Shown piece by piece: positions 17,775-27,040 of a stretch of DNA of 64,000 bases (position 1 is the stretch's first letter; every line of letters starts with the position of its first letter). Below the pieces are notes generated by a model. It saw only the letters and a program-made list of their open reading frames with translations, ran no database searches and was not told where the DNA came from. The position numbers and the translations under genes are program-made. The stretch spans positions 736,001 to 800,000 of the forward strand of contig OZ241869.1 of NCBI GenBank assembly GCA_965202805.1. The letters run 5' to 3'. This DNA is from Longimicrobiales bacterium (lineage in GTDB: Bacteria > Gemmatimonadota > Gemmatimonadetes > Longimicrobiales > Gaopeijiaceae).

Positions 17775-18923
17775 ATGAAGGTCTGCGTATTGCGGGAGAG
17801 CCGCGCGGGAGAGCGCCGGGTGGCGCTGGTTCCCGCCGAAGTCGCCGCGTTGGCGAAGGTGGGCGTCGAGGTGGCGGTGGAAGCCGGTGCGGGGGAGGAG
17901 GCCTCCTTCCTCGACGACGCCTTCCGCGAGGCGGGCGCGTCGGTGTGCGAGAGTGCCGCCCAGGCGCTGGAAGGCAGCGACGTGGTCGTGAAGATCAACC
18001 CGCCTTCCACCGGCGCCAACGGTAGCGCCGACGAAATCGCCGACCTGCCCGAAGGCATCGTGCTCATCTCGTTCGTCTCCCCGGTAGCGAACCTCGAGCT
18101 TGTACGCCGACTGGCGGACGCCCGCGTTACGACGCTGGCCATGGACCAGGTGCCCCGCATCACGCGGGCCCAGAAGATGGACGCGCTCTCCTCCCAGGCC
18201 ACCGTGGCCGGGTATCGCGCCTCGCTGCTCGCGGCGACCCATCTGAGCAGGTTCCTGCCCATGTTCATGACCGCGGCGGGCACCATACCCCCCGGCAAGG
18301 TCCTGATTCTCGGCGCCGGCGTGGCCGGACTCCAGGCGATCGCGACCGCTCGCCGTCTGGGCGCCGTGGTCGAAGCCTTCGACATTCGCCCCGCGGTCAA
18401 GGAGCAGGTCCAGAGCCTGGGCGCCAGGTTCCTCGAGGCAGAGCTGGACGAGTCCGCCGAGGACGAGGGCGGCTACGCGCGGGCGCTGTCGGAGGAAAAG
18501 CACCAGCAGGAACTCGAGCTCATCGGAGGGCGGCTGCCCGACACGGACGCGGTCATCACCACCGCCAACATCCCCGGCGCGCGGGCGCCGGTGCTGATCA
18601 CCGCAGGCATGGTGGCGACCATGCGTCCCGGATCGGTAATCGTCGATCTTGCGGGCGAATCGGGTGGAAACTGCGAGCTGAGCGAGTACGGCAGGGTCGT
18701 GGTCCACGACGGGGTAATCATCGTCGCCCCGGAGAATCTCCCCAGCGAGCTGCCCACCCACGCCAGCCAGATGTACGCGCGCAACGTGACCTCCTTCCTC
18801 CAGGACATCGTCGAGGACGGGGAGCTCAAGCTCGACTTCGACGACGAAGTGGTCTCGGGCTCGTGCGTGACGCACGAAGGCGAGGTCGTACATGCCCGCA
18901 CTCTGGAGCGCCTGTCGAGTTGA
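17775..18923 (+). CDS. pntA: NAD(P) transhydrogenase alpha subunit part 1 (dI)
   Basis: ERRVALVP, PRITRAQKMDALSSQ, GAGVAGLQA, GGYAR, GGNCEL. Confidence 0.95.
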   Translation: MKVCVLRESRAGERRVALVPAEVAALAKVGVEVAVEAGAGEEASFLDDAFREAGASVCESAAQALEGSDVVVKINPPSTGANGSADEIADLPEGIVLISFVSPVANLELVRRLADARVTTLAMDQVPRITRAQKMDALSSQATVAGYRASLLAATHLSRFLPMFMTAAGTIPPGKVLILGAGVAGLQAIATARRLGAVVEAFDIRPAVKEQVQSLGARFLEAELDESAEDEGGYARALSEEKHQQELELIGGRLPDTDAVITTANIPGARAPVLITAGMVATMRPGSVIVDLAGESGGNCELSEYGRVVVHDGVIIVAPENLPSELPTHASQMYARNVTSFLQDIVEDGELKLDFDDEVVSGSCVTHEGEVVHARTLERLSS

Positions 18924-19052
18924 CCGCGACCACGGCCGTAGCCAGCCGGACTCCCCGGCCGACGGTGGCCCGCCTCCTGGCCGACCGCACGCCCGGTTCG
19001 GCCGCGGCGGCCACCTCCGAACTCCCGGAACCCCCAACCCAGCGGAGAAACC

Positions 19053-19340
19053 ATGGGTGAGTTGATGATCGGTCTCTATGTTTTCGTCCTGGCCGTAATG
19101 GTCGGATTCGAAGTCATCACCAAGGTGCCGCCGACGCTGCACACGCCGCTCATGTCGGGAGCCAACGCGATCTCCGGAATCGCCGTTGTCGGCGCCCTGG
19201 TGGTCGCGGCCCGCGCCGACGATACCACTGCGGCCGTACTCGGCGTGGCGGCGATCGTCATGGCCATGGTCAACGTCGTGGGCGGTTTCATGGTCACCGA
19301 CCGCATGCTGGAGATGTTCAAGCCGGGCCGGAAGAAGTAG
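19053..19340 (+). CDS. NAD(P) transhydrogenase alpha subunit part 2 (membrane)
   Basis: KVPPTLHTPLMSGANAISG, NVVGGFMVTDRMLEMF. Confidence 0.95.
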   Translation: MGELMIGLYVFVLAVMVGFEVITKVPPTLHTPLMSGANAISGIAVVGALVVAARADDTTAAVLGVAAIVMAMVNVVGGFMVTDRMLEMFKPGRKK

Positions 19341-19413
19341 CGCCGGGCCGCGGCTCGTGCCGGCATTGTTCTCCACCATCCCGCATGAATACCCGGATTA
19401 CTGAGGAGTCACG

Positions 19414-20799
19414 GTGAATCCCGATACCCTGATGCAACTCGTCTATCTTCTCTCGGCCACGCTCTTCGTGTTCGGGCTCAAGCGCCTCGGCTCGCCCGCC
19501 ACCGCCCGGCAGGGGAACCGGCTGGCCGCGCTCGCCATGCTGGTCGCCATCGTCGCGACCCTGGTCGAGCAGGACATCCTGAGCTGGCAGCTCATCGGCC
19601 TCGGGATCATCCTGGGATCGCTGATCGGCGCCTTCCTGGCACGCTCCGTCAAGATGACCGACATGCCGCAGCTGGTCGGGGTCTTCAACGGTCTCGGCGG
19701 CGGTGCCTCGGGAGTGGTGGCGGCAGCCGAGTTCTTCCGTCTGGGCGGAGGCGACCTCGGCATGGAGGCCGGGATCACCATCCTCCTGTCGACCCTGATC
19801 GGGACCGTGACGCTGTCGGGCAGCTTCATCGCCTTCGGCAAGCTGCAGCGCTTCATTTCCGGGGCGCCGCTCACGTTCCCCTTCTCCAGAACCCTGAATG
19901 CCGCGCTCTTCGCCGCGATTCTGGTCATCGCCGCAATGCAGGTAACGGGCGAGGCCACTGTCACGATGTACCTGGTGCTCACCGGGCTCGCCCTCGCGCT
20001 GGGGATCCTGCTGGTCACGCCCATCGGCGGCGCCGACATGCCGGTGGTCATCTCGCTCCTGAACTCGTACTCGGGGCTTGCGGCTTCCGCGGCCGGGTTC
20101 GTGCTCGGCAACATGATCCTGATCATCTCCGGAGCGCTGGTGGGCGCGGCCGGCCTGATCCTCACCAACCTCATGTGCAAGGCGATGAACCGGTCGCTCG
20201 CCAACGTCGCCTTCGGTGCGTTCGGCGCGGCCGATTCCACCGGCGCCCAGGTCACGGCGGGCGAGGGCAAGACCGTGCGGGACGTGGATGCCGAACAGGC
20301 GGCCATGGTGCTCGCCTACGCCCAGTCCGTGATCGTGGTCCCGGGCTACGGGCTCGCGGTCGCCCAGGCGCAGCACGACATTCGCAAGCTCTCCGACCTG
20401 CTCCAGGAGCGCGGCGTGGAGGTCAAGTTCGCCATCCATCCGGTGGCGGGCCGCATGCCGGGTCACATGAACGTGCTCCTGGCCGAGGCCGACGTGCCCT
20501 ACACCCAGCTCTTCGACCTCGACGAGATCAACGACGAGTTCAGGACCACGGACGTGGCGCTGATCGTGGGAGCCAACGACGTAGTCAACCCCGATGCCCG
20601 AAATCCGGACTCGGTCATCGCCGGCATGCCCATCCTGGACGTGGACGAAGCGCGCAGCGTCATCGTCATGAAGAGGAGCCTCAGTCCGGGGTTCGCCGGG
20701 ATCGACAACCCCCTGTTCTATCTCGACCGCACGATGATGTTCTTCGGCGATGCCAAGGGCTCGATGGTGGACCTGGTGCGCGAGACCAAGGAGGTCTAG
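19414..20799 (+). CDS. pntB: NAD(P) transhydrogenase beta subunit
   Basis: MTDMPQLVG, IGGADMPVVISLLNSYSG, HPVAGRMPGHMNVLLAEA, GANDVVNP; GAGGAG RBS before GTG. Confidence 0.96.
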   Translation: MNPDTLMQLVYLLSATLFVFGLKRLGSPATARQGNRLAALAMLVAIVATLVEQDILSWQLIGLGIILGSLIGAFLARSVKMTDMPQLVGVFNGLGGGASGVVAAAEFFRLGGGDLGMEAGITILLSTLIGTVTLSGSFIAFGKLQRFISGAPLTFPFSRTLNAALFAAILVIAAMQVTGEATVTMYLVLTGLALALGILLVTPIGGADMPVVISLLNSYSGLAASAAGFVLGNMILIISGALVGAAGLILTNLMCKAMNRSLANVAFGAFGAADSTGAQVTAGEGKTVRDVDAEQAAMVLAYAQSVIVVPGYGLAVAQAQHDIRKLSDLLQERGVEVKFAIHPVAGRMPGHMNVLLAEADVPYTQLFDLDEINDEFRTTDVALIVGANDVVNPDARNPDSVIAGMPILDVDEARSVIVMKRSLSPGFAGIDNPLFYLDRTMMFFGDAKGSMVDLVRETKEV

Positions 20800-20852
20800 C
20801 AGCGCCCCGGGGGAACCGCCCGTCGGCCAACCCGCGCAGTGCGTCCGGTGTC

Positions 20853-20868
20853 TGGCACGATGCATGCA
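20853..20868 (+). promoter_or_regulatory. Putative sigma-54 (-24/-12) promoter
   Basis: TGGCACGATGCATGCA has GG-N10-GC and differs from consensus TGGCACG-N4-TTGCW at one position; about 70 nt upstream of the CDS at 20941. Confidence 0.6.
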
Positions 20869-20940
20869 GCCTATGGCTGCCGTGCCCTCCGGGACCATCC
20901 CTCGGTGAGGCACCGGTCCCCGGTACTCGGAGGTGGGCAC

Positions 20941-21675
20941 ATGCGCGGCGTTCGTAGCGTTCTGGTGCATTTGGCGGCGATGACGGCCCTGGCGGCGAAT
21001 GCGCACGCACAGGCGTCCGGGGAGCCCGTCCCGCAATGGTTTCTGGGCATCGGCGGGATCGTCAGCGAGCCCCGGGGACAGTTTGCCGAATCCGTGGGGA
21101 CGGCGCCCGGCCTGGCCCTCAACGTGCGTTACAGCCCGCCCGGGGCGGGGGGATTCGGGTTGCGCGCCGATTTCGGTTTCATCCGCTACGGGTCCAATAC
21201 CAAGCCTGCCTGTTTCAGCGTCACCGTGGGGTGCCGGATCCAACTGGACGTGGTGACGGCGAACGACATTCTGCTCTTCAACCTCGGCCCCGAGTGGGTC
21301 CTGCCGGGCGGGCCGGTGAGGCCGTATCTGGCGGGGAATGTGGGCCTCGCGCACTTCTACACGCACTCGTACGTGAAGGGAGTGGACGAGTACGACGAGG
21401 ACGGCTTCGGCGAGACCACCAACTTCAAGGATTCCTCGCTGGCCTGGCGCGGGGGTGGCGGAATTCTGGTAAGGCTGGCTCGTGGAGACGTCTTCCTGGA
21501 TCTGGATCTGGCGGCGTTCTACCATCGCAACGGGGTGGCAGAGTACCTCACCGAGGTCGATATCGAGGATCTCCCCGGCGGGGGCATCGACATGTTCCCG
21601 CGGCAGGGCAACACCAACTTCCTTTCATTCCGCCTCGGCCTCGCGCTCGGTCTCAGCGGCCAGGGTCCCTACTAG
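20941..21675 (+). CDS. Outer-membrane beta-barrel protein (OmpA/Ail-like)
   Basis: GGAGG RBS, signal peptide ending AHA-Q, alternating amphipathic strands (VRPYLAGNVGL; SFRLGLALGL). Confidence 0.75.
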   Translation: MRGVRSVLVHLAAMTALAANAHAQASGEPVPQWFLGIGGIVSEPRGQFAESVGTAPGLALNVRYSPPGAGGFGLRADFGFIRYGSNTKPACFSVTVGCRIQLDVVTANDILLFNLGPEWVLPGGPVRPYLAGNVGLAHFYTHSYVKGVDEYDEDGFGETTNFKDSSLAWRGGGGILVRLARGDVFLDLDLAAFYHRNGVAEYLTEVDIEDLPGGGIDMFPRQGNTNFLSFRLGLALGLSGQGPY

Positions 21676-21729
21676 CAGCCACGCGGACGGACTCCCCCCG
21701 GGCGCCTCGCCGCTCTCGGTGCTCGCGCG

Positions 21730-21802
21730 GATTCATCCACGGACCGTGCGCAGCCCACGCACGAAGTCCCGGCGGCACTCGAGTGGCGATTCATCCACGG
21801 AC
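21730..21802. repeat. Exact 15-bp direct repeat GATTCATCCACGGAC x2
   Basis: Copies at 21730-21744 and 21788-21802 in the intergenic region upstream of comM/yifB. Confidence 0.85.
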
Positions 21803-21840
21803 TGCCGGCTCGTTCGTCCCGGTGCGCAGATCGCGCGATA

Positions 21841-21870
21841 TTGTCAGTAGATGTCAGTTGATGTCACCTG
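21841..21870. repeat. Three tandem 10-bp repeats with a TGTCA core
   Basis: TTGTCAGTAG / ATGTCAGTTG / ATGTCACCTG. Confidence 0.85.
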
Positions 21871-22003
21871 CGGCCGGAGGAGCGGCGTATGACCAGGTGT
21901 TCCCATCGTGCCATGGGGACGCCCCTGCAACGTCGCCACCTTTCTCCGGCGCGGGGAAGGTCCCCGCCGTCCGGCACCACTTGATGCATGGCTGCGGGGG
22001 GCG

Positions 22004-23557
22004 ATGTTCACTCAGGTCCGATCGGCCGCCCTGAGCGGGGTCGACAGCTTTCCGGTCAGCGTCGAGGCGAGCCTGACCTCCGGCCTCCCGTCGTTTTCGA
22101 TCGTCGGCCTGCCGGCCGGGGCGGTGCGCGAAGGCCGCGAACGGGTGACGGCCGCGCTCGCCAGCGCAGGGTTTCCGATCCCGCACCGCCGTGTCACGAT
22201 CAACCTGGCGCCGGCCGACGTGCCCAAGACCGGCAGCGCCTTCGACCTCCCCATTGCGGTTGCGCTTCTGGTCGTGGCCGGGCACCTGCGGGCCGAGGAA
22301 GTCGAAGGGCATGGGTTCGTGGGCGAGCTGGGGCTCGATGGCGAACTGCGACCGGTGCGGGGAGCGCTGTCGATCGCAAACGGTTGCCACGGGATGGAGG
22401 GTCTCGTGCTTCCCGGCGTAAACGCGCGCGAGGCGGCGGTGGCAGGAGCCGTGGAGGTGATCGGGGCGTCCTGTCTGACGGAGGTGGTCCGGCATCTGAC
22501 CGGGGACCACCGCATTGCCCCGGCCAACGTGGACGGCATCGCTCTTCTGGATGTTGGGGCGGCGGACGCGCCCGACCTGGCCGACGTCCGGGGCCAGGCT
22601 CATGCGAAGCGCGCCCTGCTGGTGGCGGCCGCGGGGGGGCACAATGTGCTTCTGAGCGGCCCGCCCGGAGCCGGCAAGACCATGCTCGCGCGGCGGCTGT
22701 CCGGGATTCTGCCGGCGCTTGGCCTGCGCGAGGCGGTGGAGGCGACCAAGGTGCACTCCGTAGCCGGACGGCTGCCCTCCGGCGATGCGCTTCTGACGCG
22801 CCGCCCCTTCCGCGCTCCCCACCACACCATCAGCGACGCGGGCCTGGTCGGCGGCGGCCGCGTGCCGCGACCCGGCGAGGTCAGCCTCGCGCACCAGGGG
22901 GTGCTCTTTCTCGACGAACTCCCCGAGTTCCGCCGGCACGTCCTCGAAGCTCTGCGCCAACCGCTGGAAGACGGAACGGTTACGATCTCACGTGCCAGTC
23001 AGGCGGTGACCTATCCCTGCCGCTTTACCCTGGTCGCCGCGATGAACCCCTGTCCGTGCGGGCTCCACGGTGATGGATCGGGGCGCTGCTCCTGCAGCGA
23101 GCCCACGATCCGTCGGTACCGAAACCGGGTTTCCGGGCCGTTGCTGGACCGGGTCGACCTCCACGTGCACGTGCCGGCCGTGCCGGTCGGCGAACTCGAG
23201 GGGCGCGAAACGGGGACGTCGAGCCGTGAGGCGCGTGTCCGGGTCGCGCGCGCCCGAAGCCGCCAGCAGCAGCGGGAAGGCCGGAACGGAAACGCTCCGT
23301 GCAACAGCCGGCTCGGACCGGAGGGGATGCGACGCTGGTGCATTCCGGGGCGGGAAGGCCGCCGGCTGCTGCGCACGGCCGTGCGAGCCCTGGGCCTCTC
23401 CGCGCGCGGCTATCACCGGATTCTGCGCGTGGCCCGCACCATCGCCGACCTGTGCGAGAGTGAGCGCGTGGGTGCGCCGCACATCGCGGAGGCCATCCAG
23501 TACCGGAACCCCGGCGATCGGTCCGCGGTGGGGAGTGGCGTCGACGCGGGCGACTAG
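22004..23557 (+). CDS. comM: YifB/ComM family Mg-chelatase-like AAA+ ATPase
   Basis: INLAPAD, FDLPIA, GELGLDG, GPPGAGKT, PFRAPHHT, GEVSLAHQGVLFLDELPEF, AMNPCPCG, LSARGYHRILRVARTIADL. Confidence 0.93.
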   Translation: MFTQVRSAALSGVDSFPVSVEASLTSGLPSFSIVGLPAGAVREGRERVTAALASAGFPIPHRRVTINLAPADVPKTGSAFDLPIAVALLVVAGHLRAEEVEGHGFVGELGLDGELRPVRGALSIANGCHGMEGLVLPGVNAREAAVAGAVEVIGASCLTEVVRHLTGDHRIAPANVDGIALLDVGAADAPDLADVRGQAHAKRALLVAAAGGHNVLLSGPPGAGKTMLARRLSGILPALGLREAVEATKVHSVAGRLPSGDALLTRRPFRAPHHTISDAGLVGGGRVPRPGEVSLAHQGVLFLDELPEFRRHVLEALRQPLEDGTVTISRASQAVTYPCRFTLVAAMNPCPCGLHGDGSGRCSCSEPTIRRYRNRVSGPLLDRVDLHVHVPAVPVGELEGRETGTSSREARVRVARARSRQQQREGRNGNAPCNSRLGPEGMRRWCIPGREGRRLLRTAVRALGLSARGYHRILRVARTIADLCESERVGAPHIAEAIQYRNPGDRSAVGSGVDAGD

Positions 23558-23582
23558 CGACCGGCGGTCCGCCGGCGAAACG

Positions 23583-25826
23583 CTACCTGGCCTTCGCCCG
23601 CGGCAGGACGATGCCGAACTCCGTGTACTCGCCCTCCCTGGTGTCCACCGCAAGCTGCCCTTCGTGTTCGCGCACGATCTCATGTGAGATCGACAGCCCC
23701 AGTCCGGTGCCCTGAGTACCGGACTTGGTGGTGAAGAAGGGGTCGAAGATCTTGCGGACGACGCTCTCGGGCATGCCGGTGCCATTGTCTCGAATCCTGA
23801 TGCGCACGGCGTCGCCCTGGTTCTCGGTGGAAACGAGCAGGGTGGGAGAATACCCGCGGCCTTCCGCCTTGCCGCGCATCTGGGTGGCCTGGCAGGCGTT
23901 GGTGACGATGTTCAGGATGACCCGGCTGAGGTCGCGGGCGATGCCTTCGACACGGCCCGCGCCGGGGTCCAGTTCCCGGTTGATGGTCACGTTGAAGGTG
24001 GCGTCCGTGCCGCGCATCCCGTGGTACGCGAGCTTGGTGTATTCCTCCACCAGCAGATTGATGTCGATGGACTCGATCTGGCCGGCCTCGTCGCGGGAGT
24101 GGGCCAGCATGCCGTCAACGATGCGGTTCGCGCGGTCGCCGTGCTCCTTGACCTTGGAGATGTTGAGCTGGAGGTCGCCCAGGATCTCATCGACGATTTC
24201 GCTCAGCTCGTCATCACCGGCCGCGGCGAGCGGCCCCGCGCCATCACCGTTGCTGCTCTGTTCCTCGAGCCCCAGCTCCTCCCGCAACTCGTCGATCAAC
24301 TCGACGGAAAGCGCCGCGAAGTTGTTGACGAAGTTGAGAGGATTGCGGATTTCGTGCGCCACGCCCGCCGTCAACGCGCCCAGCGACGCCAGCTTCTCCT
24401 GGGTGATGACCTGTTCCTGCGTGCGCCGGAGTTCGTCCAGTGTGCTCTCGAGCTCCGCGTTCTTGTCCTGGACCTCGGTGGCGAGCGCCTCCACCAGGTT
24501 CAGACGCTGAACTTCGATGGCGTGCTGCCGGAAGACCTCGAGGGCCCCCGCCATGTCGGTGACCTCGTCGTTGCCGGCGATCTCCAGCTTCGCTTCCAAC
24601 TCGCCCCTGGACATGCGGCGCATCACGTCGGAGAGGTGGCGCAGACGGACCAGGAGTCGCTCACCGAAGAACTTCCAGCCTCCGAAGACCGCCGCCAGCA
24701 CGGCCAGGACGTTGACCGCGAGGATGGTCCACCAGCCGACCTGCAGGAGAGTGGCCGATCGGTCCGCCGCCTCCTGGGTCGAGATCTCCGCGTTCTCCAC
24801 CAGCGGCTGAACGAGCGCGGCCAGGTCGCTGGTGGTTGCCTCGTTCAGGGCCAGATACTCCTCGGACTCGGCCAGCTCGGCCAGCTCGAGGGTGCGGATG
24901 GTGTAGATTCCGTTGGCGGCCGAGTAGAGTTCGCCCAGGGTCTCGAAGGAGGGGTTGAACAGGGCGGCGGTCACGGGGCGCAGGTCGCCCAACGCGGCTT
25001 CCAGGTCGCCCATCGCCGCGGTCACCCTCTCGCGGTTGGTCTGAAGCAGGCCCGGATCGTCCTGCGTGAGCGCACGCTGGATGAGTACGGAGACCTCGTT
25101 CTGCGTCGCCTGGTAGTTGAGCAACCCTCTGTACTGATCCAGTTCGCCGGGCGTGTTTCTGGCTGAAATCGGCGCAGGCTGGTCGGTGAGTTCCCGCAAG
25201 CCCGTTTCCATGAAGAACTCCTGATCGTCGATCTCCGTGACGAGCAGGAGTTCGGTTCCCAGCGTGACCTCCAGCACCTCGCGTTCCAACTCGCTTACCT
25301 GAGCGCGATAGGTCATCCGTCGAGCCGCCGATTCCCGGATGAGGTCGATGCTCTCCACCAGGCCGGAGACGAGCCGGACCACCGAGTCCTGGAGCTCTCC
25401 CTCGAGTCCGGCGCCCGTCATCTGCCTGATGCGGGTAAGCAGGAATTCCTCTTCCCGCGCCACATCGAGGTCGACCAGTTCCAGGTCTTCCGGGGTATCG
25501 GCCGCGATCAGCCTGGGCGAAGCACGCACCAGTTCCGAGCTGCTTTGCGCTACGTCGAAGGCGGCGATCATCCCCGGCATATAGGTGCCGGTGACGTTCC
25601 GCTGGCTCGCGTTGACGATCGTCATGAGACCCAGCGCCAGCACGCTCGCCACCAGAGTCAGTGTCACGCCCCCGCCCAGTCCCACCCAGATCTGGCTCGC
25701 GATGCCGAAGCGGTCTCCCGTGGCTTCGCGGATCCTGTCGCCCAAACGGGAGGGCAGTTTGGCCAGAATCCACTCGAAGGTGGCATGGATTCTGGAGTCC
25801 AGACCCTCCTGAACGGGAGGATTCAT
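23583..25826 (-). CDS. Sensor histidine kinase with long helical periplasmic domain (TorS-like), HAMP, HisKA, HATPase
   Basis: Two TMs flanking about 320 aa; HAMP (NDEVTDMAGALEVFR); LASLGALTAGVAHEIRNPLNF; DNGTG; FFTTK..GTGLGL; ATGA overlap with the upstream gene. Confidence 0.9.
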   Translation of the reverse strand: MNPPVQEGLDSRIHATFEWILAKLPSRLGDRIREATGDRFGIASQIWVGLGGGVTLTLVASVLALGLMTIVNASQRNVTGTYMPGMIAAFDVAQSSSELVRASPRLIAADTPEDLELVDLDVAREEEFLLTRIRQMTGAGLEGELQDSVVRLVSGLVESIDLIRESAARRMTYRAQVSELEREVLEVTLGTELLLVTEIDDQEFFMETGLRELTDQPAPISARNTPGELDQYRGLLNYQATQNEVSVLIQRALTQDDPGLLQTNRERVTAAMGDLEAALGDLRPVTAALFNPSFETLGELYSAANGIYTIRTLELAELAESEEYLALNEATTSDLAALVQPLVENAEISTQEAADRSATLLQVGWWTILAVNVLAVLAAVFGGWKFFGERLLVRLRHLSDVMRRMSRGELEAKLEIAGNDEVTDMAGALEVFRQHAIEVQRLNLVEALATEVQDKNAELESTLDELRRTQEQVITQEKLASLGALTAGVAHEIRNPLNFVNNFAALSVELIDELREELGLEEQSSNGDGAGPLAAAGDDELSEIVDEILGDLQLNISKVKEHGDRANRIVDGMLAHSRDEAGQIESIDINLLVEEYTKLAYHGMRGTDATFNVTINRELDPGAGRVEGIARDLSRVILNIVTNACQATQMRGKAEGRGYSPTLLVSTENQGDAVRIRIRDNGTGMPESVVRKIFDPFFTTKSGTQGTGLGLSISHEIVREHEGQLAVDTREGEYTEFGIVLPRAKAR

Positions 25827-27040
25827 CGCGACAACCGCTCCATGGCCCGAAAACGCCCCGCCTGTATTCGGGTCAGAAACACGCGATCCGATCCCTGGTT
25901 GTCGCGCAGGCCATACTCGACCTCGAACCCGCCCAGATCGATGGGCCCGGCTTCCCGCAGCGTCCGGAGGAAGCTCTCGCGCGTCGGTTCGGGGCCCGTC
26001 CTGTCGAGTCCCTCGACGATCAGGAGTCCCGCCAGGTAGCCCTCGAGCGAGACGAAGCCGGGACTTGAATCGGCGTCCACCATCTCCAGCGCCTCGTGGT
26101 AGCGGGCCACCACCGGAACGGAGGTGTCCTGGGGGAAGGGGACGACCTGTGTGACCACGACACCTTCTCCCGCCGTCCCGAGTTCGTTCAGCAGCGCGTT
26201 GCTGCCTACGAACGAGATGTTCACGAACACGGCGTTCACGCCGATGCGGCGCGCCCACCTGATGAAGGTCGCCGCGGGCTGATAGGCGCCGATGATGATC
26301 ACCGCCTGCGGGTTGCCCTCCCGGATGTCGAGCAGAGCCCGCTTGACCGCGGTCGTGTTGCGGACGTACGCGCCCTCGGCGACCAGCACCATGTCACGCC
26401 TTCCCAGCGCGCGGCGCACGCCGGTCAGCCCGGCGTTGCCGTAGTTGTCGTCCTGGTACAGGACCGCGAAGCGCGTATGGCCCAGGTCCGTGGTGAGGCG
26501 CTCGACCATCTCCTCGGTTTCCTGGAAATAGGATGCGCGCAGGTTGACCACGAAGTCGGGTCTCTCCCGCAGGAATTCGGCTCCCGTGAACGGGCCGATG
26601 TAGGGTACGCCTCCGGCGGTAGCGACCGGCTCCGCCGCGGTGGAGGTGGGCGTCCCGACCGCGCCCACGAGTCCGAATACCCCCTCGGCGATGAGCGCGT
26701 GCGTGTTGTCGGAAGCAGCTTCGGGCTCGTATCCGTCGTCACGCGAACGAAGCCGCAACATCCGTCCCCGGATCCCGCCCCGGCGGTTGGCTTCCTCGAA
26801 CGCCGCGAGTATCCCGAGCCTCATGTTCGATCCGAGCTCGCTCGTGGGGCCCGTGAAGGCGGCCGACTGTCCGAACACGATCGAGTCCGGAAAGACGCCC
26901 TCCGCTTCGGACTGAGCCGCCAGCGACGAGTTCGGCAGGAGCGAGGCGATGATGGCCAGCAGTGCTCCGAGCGCAGCGCAGCGAGGCTCCGGGGCACGGG
27001 TCCCCGGTCTCGCTTCCCGGAACGCTGTCCCGCGTCGCAT
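25823..27040 (-). CDS. Periplasmic binding protein, type 1 (LivJ/branched-chain amino acid-like)
   Basis: Signal peptide; FGQSAAFTGP, EANRRGGIRGR, DDGYEP, GAVGTPT, LRASY. Confidence 0.9.
   Translation of the reverse strand: MRRGTAFREARPGTRAPEPRCAALGALLAIIASLLPNSSLAAQSEAEGVFPDSIVFGQSAAFTGPTSELGSNMRLGILAAFEEANRRGGIRGRMLRLRSRDDGYEPEAASDNTHALIAEGVFGLVGAVGTPTSTAAEPVATAGGVPYIGPFTGAEFLRERPDFVVNLRASYFQETEEMVERLTTDLGHTRFAVLYQDDNYGNAGLTGVRRALGRRDMVLVAEGAYVRNTTAVKRALLDIREGNPQAVIIIGAYQPAATFIRWARRIGVNAVFVNISFVGSNALLNELGTAGEGVVVTQVVPFPQDTSVPVVARYHEALEMVDADSSPGFVSLEGYLAGLLIVEGLDRTGPEPTRESFLRTLREAGPIDLGGFEVEYGLRDNQGSDRVFLTRIQAGRFRAMERLSR

Noticed and set aside
18924..19052. pntA frameshift/pseudogene
   Set aside because: Both parts have intact ends and their own RBS; split alpha is a known architecture
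21676..22003. Replication origin or mini-CRISPR array
   Set aside because: Only two 15-bp copies, no cas genes, no extended AT-rich unwinding element and no dnaA/dnaN nearby; kept as repeat findings only
23583..26258. 891-aa version of the kinase
   Set aside because: The extension overlaps the binding-protein gene in another frame; the ATGA-coupled start at 25826 is more plausible
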